Shown: positions 51,289 through 63,459, counted from the whole stretch's first letter. The stretch is 63,484 bases of DNA, filler included, from Choristocarpus tenellus KU-1152 (GCA_964200185.2; 6 parts of 6 records of this genome joined end to end with filler, not necessarily neighbours in it), one strand, 5' to 3'. The notes: generated by a model from the sequence alone, not told the origin. Translations and numbers: made by a program.

Positions 51289-53302
51289 GTCGTGTGAGGC
51301 TTCACACCTTCTTATCTTCACTACTGACAAATAGCATTACCTCCCAAGGTAATTTGCACAAATACAACAGTCTACAGTTTACCACTTAGAACACATTCCA
51401 ATTTGATGCCCCCCTTCCCCACGATGTTAAGTGTTCCACCACCTCCAACTGCAACTGTTCCACCACAAGATTCCCAATTAAACATATTTTTATTGGTCGT
51501 CGTAAAATTATGTGTGGCTCCACTGTCTCAAGTCCAAACCTCAACGCGTGACGGTCTCTTGAAGGGAAGTGATTTTACCTTATTAATAACAAGATAACTC
51601 ACCTGATTAGTTACTGGAAAAACTTCCAATCTTGGTTGTCCTTCGCCAGATCCATCCGATTTTGGTCCTTCTCCCTAGTTCTTATAGCCATTCCCCCCCA
51701 TCTGGTTCTTCTTCTTCAGGATGTTCGAAGATTCGAGCCGAAGTATCTTAGAGGGTAGAGCTGCGTTTATTTGGGGGTCAAAATCCATTGTTGCGAGTTT
51801 GATGTAATTTTGACTATCGTGTTTGTTAGGAAGTGTCAATATCCTTGTTCCGAACACACCTTTTCATAATCTATATATTCTACCTACTCCGAAATCATTT
51901 CGGAGTGGGAAAATGTCATAAAAACCCCGAGTTAAGTCAAGCCCCAAATGGACAAACAGGGCAAAACTCGTACCCTCTGAGATACTTTCATTCATTCCAG
52001 ACCCCCTTCACTCGCCTTCTACTTCTTGATTTGTGGGCACTTGGATTGGAAGTGAGGTCCACCACATTCCCAACAATTGGGTTGTCCACCAGTGTATCTG
52101 GGTTGCCGTCCTGCTACCAGTGCGCCAGCTCTCACCCCAGCTGATTCCGTCCCCCTTTGAATAGAGCGTAGTTGATATCTCTTCAGGACTAACTTTTCCA
52201 GTTTTATCCGCTCCTCTGCCGACTTGTCATCATCTGGGACAAGATGTCGAGATACTCCTCTCTGAGTGGATTTTGTAGCCAATCCACTCGATCTTCCTCT
52301 GTCATGGAACCTCCCAAGCTCTTCAGCTCCATTATAAGAGCCTCCTACCGGTTAATGATGTCAGCAGGATCTCTCCCAGGTTCTAGCACTATATCCTTCA
52401 ATTGCCGTTTCACGAGATTTCTCTCTGTTTGTCCAGAATGAGCATAGGTCTTGACCAGTGTGGCAAACGCATCACTCGGAGATTCACATGTCAGCACGAT
52501 GTCCAAAGCAGGTCCTGTCGTCGCCTCTTGCAGTCCATTAATCACGTACGTCGTCGTATGGTGAAGATATGGGTCCACACCCGTTGGGGAATACTCCAAT
52601 GACAGTACTCTCAGATGTTCCTTAGTTACCAGTGGCTCCCTCCATCCCGATGAGAGAGCGTGTGTAAGAAACGTTTTGCTCCACTTCCTCCATATTCCTG
52701 GTTCCACCTTGAACGCAGGTTGTTTGGAGGAATCTTTCTTTAATTTTGGGGAAAATACGGGTCTAGCCCTCACGGCCACTGCATTTCTAGCCCCAGCCCT
52801 AACCTCGCCCCCTTGTGAAGCTGATGTCCCATCACACATCTCACCTCCCCCTTGGGTCATTGGCGGTTCTTCCATTCTGTCATCAATTGAGTTTAGACTT
52901 GTATAGAATCTTGATCTGGGCATCATAATTTATCTTGACTCCTTCCTGGTGATAGCTAAAATCCAAGTATATTAACTACGCAAGCACGCTTATAAGAGTG
53001 CTATAGCATGTTAAGCTGTCCTTGACGATCTATTGTCCCACAACCAGTTATATTATTGTTTATTAGCTTGTATCACAGTTGAGAAGAGAGTGAGACACCA
53101 TCACTAGATGGGGCTCACCAAGCCTTACAGTAAATGACTCAGAATACCAAATGACTCAACAGTTTTCTAGTACACGTCAGAAACACTCCGACTCTAACAT
53201 TCCGCCGGTTACTTCTGGTCAAATACCCCGCCTAAATATCCTTAATGTCCCGCATCATTGTCCGTGCATACATATAAAATTAATTCAAACCTTGTTCTCA
53301 CA
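51289..53302 (-). mobile_element. Ty1/copia LTR retrotransposon 5' part (LTR, PBS, gag, protease), decayed
   Basis: LTR ~53302-53046 begins TGTG and is followed by ggttgtgggac, resembling the copia GGTTATGGGCCC PBS. Gag ORF at 52926-52345, zinc knuckle CWECGGPHFQSKCP and protease motif W-T-*-DSGATHNFT (~51530-51495). Several in-frame stops and a MITE insertion. Confidence 0.85.
51735..51993 (-). mobile_element. family-A MITE nested in Copia
   Basis: TIRs and a perfect TSD (attc/attc). Removing it restores the gag-protease frame. Confidence 0.93.
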
Positions 53303-53311
53303 AATGGTCAA

Positions 53312-53570
53312 GAGTGAAAGTATCTTAGAGGGGTACGAGTTTTGCCCTGTTTGTCCGTTTGGGGCTTGGCTTCCCTTGTTTTTTTTAAAGACATTTTCCT
53401 ACTCCAAACTGTTTCGGAGTAGGTAACCTGTATATGTTATGAAAAGTTGTGTCCGAACAAGGATATTGACACTTCCTAACAAACACAATAGCCAAAACTA
53501 GATCAAAATCGGAACATTGGATTTTGGCCCCCAAATGGATGCGACTCTATCCTCTAAGATACTTTGGCTC
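53312..53570 (+). mobile_element. family-A MITE (Sola2-like)
   Basis: TIRs gagtgaaagtatcttagagggg / cctctaagatactttggctc and a perfect TSD (tcaa/tcaa). Confidence 0.93.
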
Positions 53571-54390
53571 TCAAGCATAATCTTGACACCGGTAAATTGT
53601 AGTCTCCTTTGTAGTTTTTTCTCCCAAACTCCTCTCTTGGGATGTAGTCCTTTATCATGAAGGAAGACAGGTTTTTCAGTTGCTTTGCCACCTCTTTAGT
53701 CACATAAGCTTTTTCGTCCTCAATCTGCTGTAGTTCATCATGTGTCGCTCTGGCATCCCCTGCCTGAATAAACAGGGGGGTGTATCCGAAGAGTACGAAA
53801 TAATTTCTCACGTCAACCCTCTTCCACACTTGGATAAAATATTTCTCTTTCATCCTCTCTGCCAAGGTCGTTGATTTTATCGATCCTTCCCCAATCGTCG
53901 GTCTTCCTTCCCTTCCTATCCCTCTGCTCCCCATAGCTACTTCAAAATCTCCATCATGTGGTCCATCCTCTCTGTTAGTTTGGCTATATCACTCAACTGG
54001 TCCTGGGATCGACTAGGCTCGCTTTCAATCCTGTTCCTCCTTTCCCCTTCCTTCTCCTCCCCTCTCCCCTCTTCTCCCCCTCCCCCTCTGCACTGAAGCC
54101 CATCTCTCTCTGAACTTGCTCAATCTTCATCTGCATCCTCTGAGCCGCTATTGCTTCCATCTCTTCCTTGCCTTCCACCCTTTTTCTTCTCCCCATCCTT
54201 GAATCGTTTGTTCTTTCTCCCCACCCTTTTCTCTTTCGTTCCTTTTCATGAAATTTTCCCACCCTGTCTTGTTCTCTTTGTTTGCTCTCTCCCCCTTTTC
54301 AGTCATACTATAATCAGGAGAGCTTCCTCGGAGGTTGTCTTGTTCTCGCCCTCCTCGTCTTGTACCCCTGGTCCTTGGCAATCTTTTCAA
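53571..54390 (-). pseudogene. frameshifted, intronless basic/coiled ORF, probably ORF1/gag-like of an unidentified mobile element
   Basis: Overlapping or adjacent ORFs 54390-54148, 54262-53993 and 53934-53554 are purine-rich and R/K/E/G-rich, followed by a more globular part (YFIQVWKRVDVRNYFVLFGYTP...). Interrupted by the MITE and the Copia LTR. No recognisable domain. Confidence 0.4.
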
Positions 54391-54600
54391 TACTGACTAT
54401 TCCTTCCTCCCCTGTACCTCCACCTACCACTCATTTCTTTAACTTCTCTCCTCCCTCTCTTAGCCAGTCAATCCTTAACTAATCGTTCCCTTCTTGCTTA
54501 CTTCTTAGTCTTCTCTCTGCCCCTTCCCTTGTCCTATGTCCCCAACCAACCAGAATTCTTCCGCCCACAAAACCCAGATTACTTCATATAAACTTTCCCA

Positions 54601-55057
54601 TTCCTATTCCGAGAAAAACTTAGTGCTACTAGAACCAACAGGTCTTGCGGAAAAGATCACACTCAAAGACGAAATCACTACTTCCAGTTCTTAAAAAACT
54701 CTTTGTCCACAAATTTTTTCATTTTCTCTATAATAAAGATGTTCAAATAGTTCTGAAAATGTTTGATCACAAACGAGGTGTTATTGTCGTGTCTTTATCC
54801 ATTATGTTAAACGTGAAATATGAGAATATGAAAAATACTAAGCATTACTGTAATACTCTTGTAACAAGAGTGATAGAACAATTTCTGAACTACTTTTAAG
54901 CTATGAAAAACAATTGTTCACATCTATAATATAGAAAAAATAATGAATTTAGTGGACAAAGGGATTAAAGAACTAGGACAAATATGAATGGTGATTTTTT
55001 TGGAAAGGTTATAATTGTGTTGATTTTTACAGTATTGAGTTTATTTCGGAATTGGAA
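54601..55057. repeat. ~460-bp imperfect palindrome (foldback)
   Basis: Nested arm pairs: 54601-54640 vs the reverse complement of 55018-55057, 54683-54745 vs 54914-54979, and 54750-54770 vs 54870-54890. Confidence 0.75.
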
Positions 55058-55377
55058 CACGATATTTTGTTGAACATTTGGCATCTAGAAGAAGACTTTC
55101 ACCAGATCAAAACCAACAGTTAGTTGTATATTTGACAACCGTTTTTTTTTTCTGTCCACTTCCAGTCCGACCCACCTTCCTCATTCTACCATCAAATCTC
55201 TTCTGAGCCAACAGTCACCACAGCAACACCGAGGAAGCACTGCATAGGCAGACCTAACCATGAAAGGTTTCCTACCTGAATATGTGGTTATATGACAGTA
55301 TTTTCAACCGTTTATACCCCTGAAAGAGTACTACACTTGCAAGGTGCCACGAACAGGGGATCCTCAAAATTGAGAAT

Positions 55378-55477
55378 NNNNNNNNNNNNNNNNNNNNNNN
55401 NNNNNNNNNNNNNNNNNNNNNTTAATTAATTAANNNNNNNNNNNNNNNNNNNNNNNNNNNNNNNNNNNNNNNNNNNN
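55378..55477. other. artificial contig-joining linker
   Basis: N44-TTAATTAATTAA-N44. Confidence 0.97.
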
Positions 55478-55564
55478 GTATGCAACCAAATAACCCAAAA
55501 ATCGAGACATGAAAAAATTGACCCCAAATGGACAGTCACCACCCCCTCTCAGATACTTTGAGCC
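55478..55564 (+). mobile_element. family-B MITE right end at contig start
   Basis: gtatgcaaccaaat...accccaaatggacagtcaccaccccctctcagatactttgagcc is the reverse complement of 28858-28945. Confidence 0.85.
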
Positions 55565-55600
55565 AAATGTGACCTGCTTGGTGTTTTTCTCACATATATT

Positions 55601-55898
55601 AATGACAAACGAAAATATGAAATCTTCCACGATTTTCATAATAGAAGGTACTTCTTTTTTCTTTGAAAATAATCTTCCTTAATGGTTGGTAGTTACGTTA
55701 CCTGTTCTGTGTCTACCTTATACTAATCAAGAACACATACAAGATATCTTGGACGATTATTGTAATCAGAGTCACTTGAAGACACTAATAAAAGTGGGTG
55801 CTATTGGCGGGTTCGTTCTGGATGTGACCTTTTAGTGTTCCACTCATATCAATGAAAAACGAAGATATGATATCTTCCACGATTTTAACAGTAGAAGT
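55601..55898. repeat. 48-bp direct repeat pair 250 bp apart
   Basis: aatgacaaacgaaaatatgaaatcttccacgattttcataatagaag (55601) vs aatgaaaaacgaagatatgatatcttccacgattttaacagtagaag (55851). Confidence 0.7.
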
Positions 55899-56390
55899 GT
55901 GGAAAGCATGTTTGCCTGTTATTATACCGTAATTGCCGTACGTCATATACCATTATCCCGTGGTACCGATTGAGGTTCCCAGTCAAGAGTCCACGATTTC
56001 ACGGACTTTCTGTCAGAATGTCACACATGGAAGTTCCACTTTATTCTCACGTCTTGACTGGTGGTGATGAAGCCCCACCTTTGATGTTGCTCATCACTCC
56101 TAAGTTTGCACTTGTCCAACCTTAACCTTGTACCCTCGGTTACGGTTTGTCTTTGTTCTTGTGGTCCGTCTTGCCCAGTGATTCTCTTCACCACCCTTTC
56201 CTGAGTGAACCACGCCCACCATAGAATCACCCAATTCACATTGGTGACACCGGTGTCCTCAGAAAAAATGTGATGGGGATTTCTGTTTCACCACAGACAC
56301 AAGATGCCAAACTCAAGATTGAGGCGAAGACGCCGTGTGCAAGAGCGCATGTTAAGAATATGCTTTTTATTCATACGTAAAATATGATTC

Positions 56391-59300
56391 TGTGGGAGAA
56401 ACATTAAGTTGTTGAAGTATTGTTGGATAGTGAAAATATTGTCCGAGGGTTATTATAGTATAACCGATAGTATGTCTTTGTTAGGTGACAACGAAAATAT
56501 TGTCCGCAGGTTATTTTAGTACAACGGATTGAATGACGGGTTATTAGAATATGTGAATCGTAAGGTGATGAACCCCTTTTGAGCTTTGAAGCTCACTCTC
56601 TTTTCTTACACCTTCCTTACTTCATGTACAACTTGTTCTACATAATGAGGAAATAATCGAGTTACTTACACACACAAGTCTTGGGAATACCACTTTCTTT
56701 AACATGCTATGCTAAGTTCTCAAGGCTAGCGTTACATCGATTGGAGGGGGAGTCCCGATGGAGGAGGCCGTCGGTTATAGAAGATGTACGTCGAGAGGAG
56801 CGGAGTATGGAGATACGACACTCACATCACCAGTTGAAGGTGGAGAGGTGGTCGAGTCTGATAAGGAAGAAGATAGAGGGACGGTTAGCAGAACCGCACA
56901 ACAGGGGGCACCAATGGGGCGAAGATTAAAACGACTGATTCCGTTGCCATCGACGTTCAAGGTCTACAGTGGTGATGATGACGGTGATGGATTTGCCATG
57001 TTCGAACGAAAATTTCTTTCGTGTGCTGCCATGGGGGGATGGAAGGATATGCTGCTATCTGATTATCACATCAGAGTCAGCAGTGATTACTTTGAAGCAT
57101 CGAGATGGTCTGAACGACAAATAGACAAGGCGAACATGGCGATGGCTGCTCTGGCGATGGCCTTGGACAGTTTCGCTGAAAAGGTGGCAAGCAACCATGA
57201 TAGTCCTTCGGAAGCTTATCAAGCTTTACGGAACCACTTCGGGAGAGGTGGTATAACAGAAAGGGCTACCATGCGATCAAGACCAAATTCTTTCACTTAC
57301 CTACTGGTGAAAATCCGGCTATAGTCATTCGGGAATTGGACAACATAGTCAAGAAAATGCGATCCTTGGACGACGAACCCAGCATAGAAGAACAGCTGAG
57401 TGCGATGTATAATTGCTTAACTGACGAGTACTTCATTGAGATTCGCCAGGTCACAGGTTACGGTCGGGCTGCAAGGATGGATCTCCAAAAACGAGTTTGC
57501 GAAACGTATCAACTTTGCAAAAGACAACGTGAACGAAGGATGGGAAATAATGTAGGTGCATTGATGGTTGGAGATCCCCGATCCGTGAAAGGCAATGCAG
57601 GTTTTGGGAAGGATCGGCAGCCAAGACGTGAGGAGTGCTGGCAGTGTGGAGGACCACACTATCAATCTTCTTGTCCCAATGTTGTTTCGTCCCCATCTTA
57701 CACAGGTTCGTGTTACACCTGTGATACAAAAGGACACAAGCCTTACAGTTGTCCCAAACGCGCTGGTGGTTTGGGAGAATCGGCTCAACGATCGTCTGGT
57801 CAAGCTCCCCGAAGGAAGAAGAAGAATGGTAAAGGGAAGGGGAGTGGAAATGCAAGCAACACAGGACTAGTTCTAGCCGAGGGGGAGGTGGGAACAGACG
57901 CACTCGCCCTGACAAGGGCTGGAGGAGATACCGCCACAGGTGGACAATCAGAGGAGACTGCAGTGTCAGAGGAGGATGTTGCAGCGACAGGAGTGAATAC
58001 CCTTGAGGAGGTTTCAGGGGATGTCATCAACCCAGGGGGAACTGCTGAGGAGGTGAGGACTAACTCAAAGGTGGCTGGAATGGATGTTGATCTGGAGCGA
58101 TCGACTGGAGCAAACGCAACATCAGAGGAGGATGTTGTGGCATCTGATAACCTGGCCCAGGAAAGGGTTAGAAGATTCGATTTTGCACAGGATGAGGCTG
58201 GAGGTATCGACCTAACCCACACTGGGGTTAGAGATTTCGATCTCGCCCAAGAGGGGCGTGGAGGAATGATGTTGGAGGCTACTATATCAGAGGAGGGTGA
58301 AGTGGCGATTAGTAAACTTTCCCTTGAGGGGGTTAAAGTTAATGCCATTGTCCCAGAGGGGATTATTGGGGAGGAGGGACCTACCCCAAAGATGGCTCCG
58401 CCAGAGTTTGATCCAGGGAGGTCAACTAGTCCGAAAACAACGTCAGTGGAGGATGTTGTAGCATTTGATGAGCTCGCCCAGGGTGGGGCTGGAGCATTTG
58501 TCAATGCCCCATGGGGGCTGAGTGGTGATGGAATCTTGGAAGAGAAACAAGACGACTTTGGGCTGAGCACTAAAGATTTGGTACTGGATGAAATTTCTTT
58601 GGGATCGGAAAAAGAGGTTACAGAGGAAAAGACTTCAAAAGGTGTGTCTTCGGAAAAAGTGGGTTTGGATTTGGAAAATGGAAGTACTGATGGGATGCTG
58701 ACCACTGGTGCTGGTGGTATGGATCCACATACGTCACAGCAGGGGAGTGGTTGAAAGTTGTTACTGCGACTAGTGGATCATAACCACGACCCCCCATCTG
58801 AACCTGGTGAACCATTGGAACGGACACCAAGGTATGGGCGAAGACTGACTGGTCTACTTGTGCGTGGGAAAGATAAACCCCTCCCATCAGAACCTAAGAC
58901 CATGAGAGCAGCGACAGAGTGTGAGGAGTGGCCTCTGTGGAAAGATGCTATTCATGAAAAAGTGGATGATCTGGATAGCAGGGGAGTGTGGATTCAAGTA
59001 CCTCGCTCCACTGATGGTCACAAGGCACTAGAGACAAAGATGGTTTTCGACCGAGGCAGATGGATGGAAAAGGGAGAGTGCAGAGGTCCAAGGCGGGAAT
59101 AGGACAACTAGAATTTTCTGCTGGTGGAAACTTTGCTGGAGCTGGACTTGGAACAATCTGAGGCAGATCCATGTCTGTTCAGAATGATTGTGGATGGTGA
59201 CACTGTGATGATCGTGATTGTCCATGTGGATGACATGCTGATGGCTGAGAAATCAGGGGCTGGTTATGCTGTGCATATATCATTGAGGGACTTAAGGAGA

Positions 59301-59640
59301 AGTTCCCAGTGGTGAATTTGGGTGACGTAACCAAATATATGGGATGCAGGATCAGGAGGAACAGGATGAGAGTGTACGAGATTTGCCCTGTTTGTCCATT
59401 TGAGGCTTGGCTTCCCATGGGTTTTTTTATGACATCTTCCTACTCCAAAATGTTTCAGAGTAGGTAAAATGTATACCTTATGAAAACGTGTGACCACAAC
59501 ATGGATATTGACACTTCCTAACAAACACTATGACCAAAATTACATCAAAATTGCAACATTGAATTTTGACCCCCAAATGGACACGGCTGTACCCTCTAAG
59601 ATACTTTGGCTCCGAGAGCAAAAGGTGATATATCCTGTCT
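56391..59640 (+). mobile_element. internally deleted Ty1/copia retrotransposon (5' LTR, gag, linker, partial RT)
   Basis: LTR 56391-56676 (TGTG...CACA) with an internal ~37-bp direct repeat. Gag 56758-57324 frameshifts into 57336-58754, which has knuckles CWQCGGPHYQSSC and CYTCDTKGHKPYSC. RT pieces EPKTMRAATECEEWPLWKDAIHEK, QSEADPCLF, IVHVDDML and NLGDVTKYMGCRI follow. No protease or integrase motifs and no 3' LTR. Confidence 0.88.
59370..59612 (+). mobile_element. family-A MITE nested in Copia RT
   Basis: Family-A body with the left TIR partly deleted. Right TIR taccctctaagatactttggctc. Confidence 0.88.
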
Positions 59641-59699
59641 TGTCAGGAAAGGGTTGACCGCTTCCACCGTGAGGAATCTGCACACTGTCTAATAGTTTT

Positions 59700-60400
59700 T
59701 GATTTGAAAGTGAAAATCGCATATTCTCACCTTCAGGTGTTATTAGTGACCCCAATATCCAGAGTATTGATGTGATGAAGTCCATTTTTTTTCCAGTTCC
59801 AGTCTTTTGGACGTTAGTGAAGCAGAAACCATAACCCCGCCTATGAGGAACACAAGTTACCTCCCACCGAGTGAGCTCAAAGAAAAAAACTCAATTACTT
59901 TAGGGGGCAAACCATCGAGAGGGCCGAGGGATCCCAACAATTTCCTGCTGAAGACAAGATGGATTAAAACCTATAAACGACCATCCTGAGTATTCACACC
60001 AACTACTCTTTTTGAGGGTATGCTGAAATCAAAGATAATATAAGGGGTGCATGGGGATCTTCTTCCATATGAAACTTGACAAAAAGAGATAAAGCCCTGA
60101 CCACCCATCATTATATGTGTATGGACCCATCAAAATATCCATTTGAGTGTGGGCAAAAAATATGTGTGTACAAGATTAGAAAAATGCCAGCGGCGTAGAG
60201 GGGATGTTGTCTATAAGTTTGCCTTAAAAAAGGATTCAAACCTTCATCTCTACTTCTTTTAGTGGAGTCTGTTTCTGTATCAGGTCGGCAACCCACGTTG
60301 TCAGCAATAGATGTAGTCACAGGGACGTCACCTTGAGGGTTTGAATCAAGAGCATATTGCATGTTCTCGACAATGAAGGCAATTGATTGAGCCAGGCGTA
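59700..60400 (-). mobile_element. possible decayed non-LTR retrotransposon (APE endonuclease-like) remnant
   Basis: Scattered frameshifted motifs in plausible order (DNVGC..DTET, AGIFL, LSLISAYP, LGP, NGL..INT). Weak resemblance only. Confidence 0.25.
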
Positions 60401-60573
60401 TTTGTGAAGAGTGTGATAGTTCTTCTGCTATTGTGGCAGATGGTGGTGGAGAGGATTGGAAAGAATTCGGCGTTGATACAAATTGGTCACAGGGATCTTT
60501 TGGAGAATTTAGTGTCAGTACACTTTGGTCAGGAGAAGCATCCAGATTGTGTCATGTTCTGTACGCTTCAATA

Positions 60574-60597
60574 GGGTCAAAGTATCTGGGGGGGGGG
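60574..60597 (+). mobile_element. family-B MITE left end (TIR plus G-run) at contig end
   Basis: gggtcaaagtatct followed by poly-G, then the linker. Confidence 0.75.
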
Positions 60598-60697
60598 NNN
60601 NNNNNNNNNNNNNNNNNNNNNNNNNNNNNNNNNNNNNNNNNTTAATTAATTAANNNNNNNNNNNNNNNNNNNNNNNNNNNNNNNNNNNNNNNNNNNN
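60598..60697. other. artificial contig-joining linker
   Basis: N44-TTAATTAATTAA-N44. Confidence 0.97.
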
Positions 60698-60718
60698 CCC
60701 CCCCAGATACTTTGACCC
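60698..60718 (-). mobile_element. family-B MITE left end (reverse) at contig start
   Basis: C-run followed by agatactttgaccc. Confidence 0.75.
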
Positions 60719-61147
60719 TATGTCCAAACGAAAAGAAACAAATCGACAATCTTGACCCAGCACCTGCAGTAAGCAACATTTAATGTTTCACTAGAATGTA
60801 ATTCCGCCAGATTGATAGAATCGATCACATATCTCAGTGCACGTAACCCTACCTCTGCTGTTTCAAAGTACAAATTGCAGGCACCACGTTGTGCATCTGA
60901 AGGGAGTGCATTTCAAGGATTATCACAGTCAACCCGTTGACCAAATGCTGAATGTATGGTTTTTGACTTGTGAGCACAACCAAGGAAAAGCTGAAAAATG
61001 TATATGCAAGAGCAGAGCACAATATGGGCACCAATATCTCTTTCTCTGACATGACTTCGTTTCCACATGGTACATATTTCCAAGATCATGCAACGAAGTG
61101 CTACCAGAAAGTGAAGTTCTTGATACGGAAAATCCATTGCACCATGC

Positions 61148-62886
61148 TCAAGTAGGAATCTGGTAGTTGATTTGCCACTCCCGCTGGTACACTCGAACAT
61201 AGTCAACCTGGAGGTAGTAAACAGGCAGCAGACAGGAAGAGGCAAGAAGACAGATATTCACAAGATATGCAGCAAGGTGTTGCCGCTTACAGTGCAATTG
61301 AGAAAGAGGTTCTTAAAACCTTTACGCTCACAATGAATGGTCATGTCAACAACAGCTAGTATTTCAAGCACCAGTGTGTGAGACCTTCCAGCGACATTGA
61401 AGTACAACGATTTCAATCTCAACTCTTGCTTAATGTTCCACGGGTGTTGAGTTTTAATAATGGAACCCGCAGGTGACAAGCCTGTAGGAGGCCTCTGGTT
61501 CCATCGAGTCAGTACCTTCATCACAGATCGGGAACGAACACTCTCCGCATTGTATGAAGGTAGATCGCCGCCCACCTCCAAGGAGATGGCAAGGTGGAAA
61601 GGCTTGTTGAAGGGTGTAGCATCTGCACTATTCACATAGCTCTCGTACCAGCCCCTTTCAAGGCAATACAGGTGTCCATCAACATACCACCTTACCATCG
61701 TGGGTATTGACGGGAATCGCAGACAATGGAACAGTTGCATGAAGCAAGTGGGTTGTAGATATGTGCGCGAGCCTTAGGTGCAGGGTTGCAGTCAAGAAAA
61801 TAAGTAACAAATACCAATGGTCAAAGGTCTCTCGTTTGGTGTAAAGAATTACTTCAAAGTATAATGGAATGCTGCCTATCACAGTCCTGCCTTGGCACTG
61901 GGCTACCTGAAGGCACATTTGCTCAGCAATAAAGGAGTAAGATTGTATTATTCTTGCATGCTATTTCTGTTTTATTATGGCTTCAACTTATTACCCTCGA
62001 TGACATACACAAAATGGCAACAGGTGTATAGTATATTTTCAAATAGAAATACTTGAGAAGTGTTGATACAAGTATCGTAGCTACTTCTTTGGTCAAACTC
62101 AACGGCAGAGGGTGGTCATGGTGGTCAGTTATGTTCAATGTCAAGATTTACACACAGATTGGTCCTCTGACCAAACCAAAGTCTGTAGTTATTTCTTCAG
62201 GGAAGTTCAACCCCAAATCCTAGGCAGGACGTATCATGGCACTCAGAAATGCCCCCATGTTACTTGCACAGGAAGAGACCGTCTACATTGACCACTGCTC
62301 GCTTCACACCTCATGTGTGAGCAATTTCTACTCGTGTAACCAGAGGACATTTATGGAAGCATGCCAATTTAGGGTGCGTGTAGTGGGATAAGGTTAAAAC
62401 TATCTGAAGGTATGCACTGCAACATGCTAGACAATTGCATAGATTTGAGATCAATGAACTTGGACTCTACACAGCATGAAAACAGTACAATAGATGGAGT
62501 TGGTCCATACTCCCTATGGATTGTCAACGTGGGGAATGTATGGTAGAGGGGAGTGGTTAAAGGTGGAAGTAGGGGGCGCCATGGACCATGTGTCATGTGA
62601 GGGCAGATGAAATTGAGTCCTCGGTGACACTATACTTAGACTTAGGACAGGCATAGCCCTTAGAGTTGGGGTCAGTGATCAATTCGCTTATATGATGAAG
62701 GGTGTTTTCCACGACATACACATACACGTAGTTAGGGCAAGCTTGCCTCATTTCCCATGGCTCCCACTCAATGGCATAGACATGGTAATCAGCACTAAAC
62801 TTGTGTGCTGCCTCAGAGATGCAAAATCCGTTGCCTTCTTTGAGGGAGTTGACAGGATTCTCAGGAGTTCCCCAGAAAGCGATTCC
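61148..62886 (-). CDS. glycoside hydrolase family 16 (laminarinase-like beta-1,3-glucanase), 3' exons
   Basis: Exons 62886-62747, 61690-61516 and 61207-61148: ...FSADYHVYAIEWEPWEMR|WYVDGHLYC...ATPFNKPFHLAISLEVGGDLP...SVMK|VDYVRVYQREWQINYQIPT*, all canonical GH16 C-terminal motifs. The catalytic ExDxxE exon is not seen in this contig. Confidence 0.88.
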
Positions 62887-63353
62887 CTATCACATACACA
62901 TGTCCCAGTCCAAAATTAGTTAATTCTGGGGGTGGTGTCACGCAATCTTATAGCGACCACATAAAGAAAGGAAAGGGCGTGCCTCATGCTGAACAGAGGC
63001 GAAATAAATATCGTTCAAGCATGGGTCAAAAGTACGAAGGATGTCTCAGTTACGAACAGTCGGCGTACTAAATGTTGTGGGCATCACATCAATATCGACA
63101 AATAATCGAAGTTCTTACCTTCCAATGAAAGAATCTCGATAGGGAATTTGGAGGTGAGCATTAAGTTGAGAGGAGTCTTGAGTCCAATGGGACCTACCAT
63201 CTTCGTCCTTAAGTTGAGTCATAACTGAATATGAGAAATGCAGGATCGTATCAAAATCTACATGTGTGTAGAACCAGTCACACGGTTGATTGTTAATGGT
63301 TGGGCAGGGAAGCTGAGAATTCTGGGGGTAGTCACTGTCTGACATATTGCTAT

Positions 63354-63459
63354 GAGTCGAAGTACCTTAGAGGGTAGAACCACGTTCGTTTGGGGGCCAA
63401 AATCCAATGCTACGACCTGGATGTAATTTTGGCTGTAGTGTTTGTTAGGAAGTGTCGAG
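63354..63459 (-). mobile_element. family-A MITE end, interrupted by a family-B end
   Basis: gagtcgaagtaccttagagggtagaacc...ttaggaagtgtc, then tctcaagtatct plus a G-run to the window end. Confidence 0.8.

Noticed and set aside
57800-58705. 301-aa Ser-rich minus-strand ORF
   Set aside because: Antisense shadow of the Glu/Gly-rich Copia frame.
60572-60720. Apparent single element with perfect TIRs and a TA target duplication spanning the gap
   Set aside because: The halves are on different contigs, and both are the same G-run end of family B. The symmetry is a concatenation coincidence.
63115-63345. Upstream GH16 exon ending at the strong donor at 63118
   Set aside because: The phase-compatible frame (LNLMLTSKFPIEILSLEG) lacks GH16 motifs such as ExDxxE, so it cannot be assigned.
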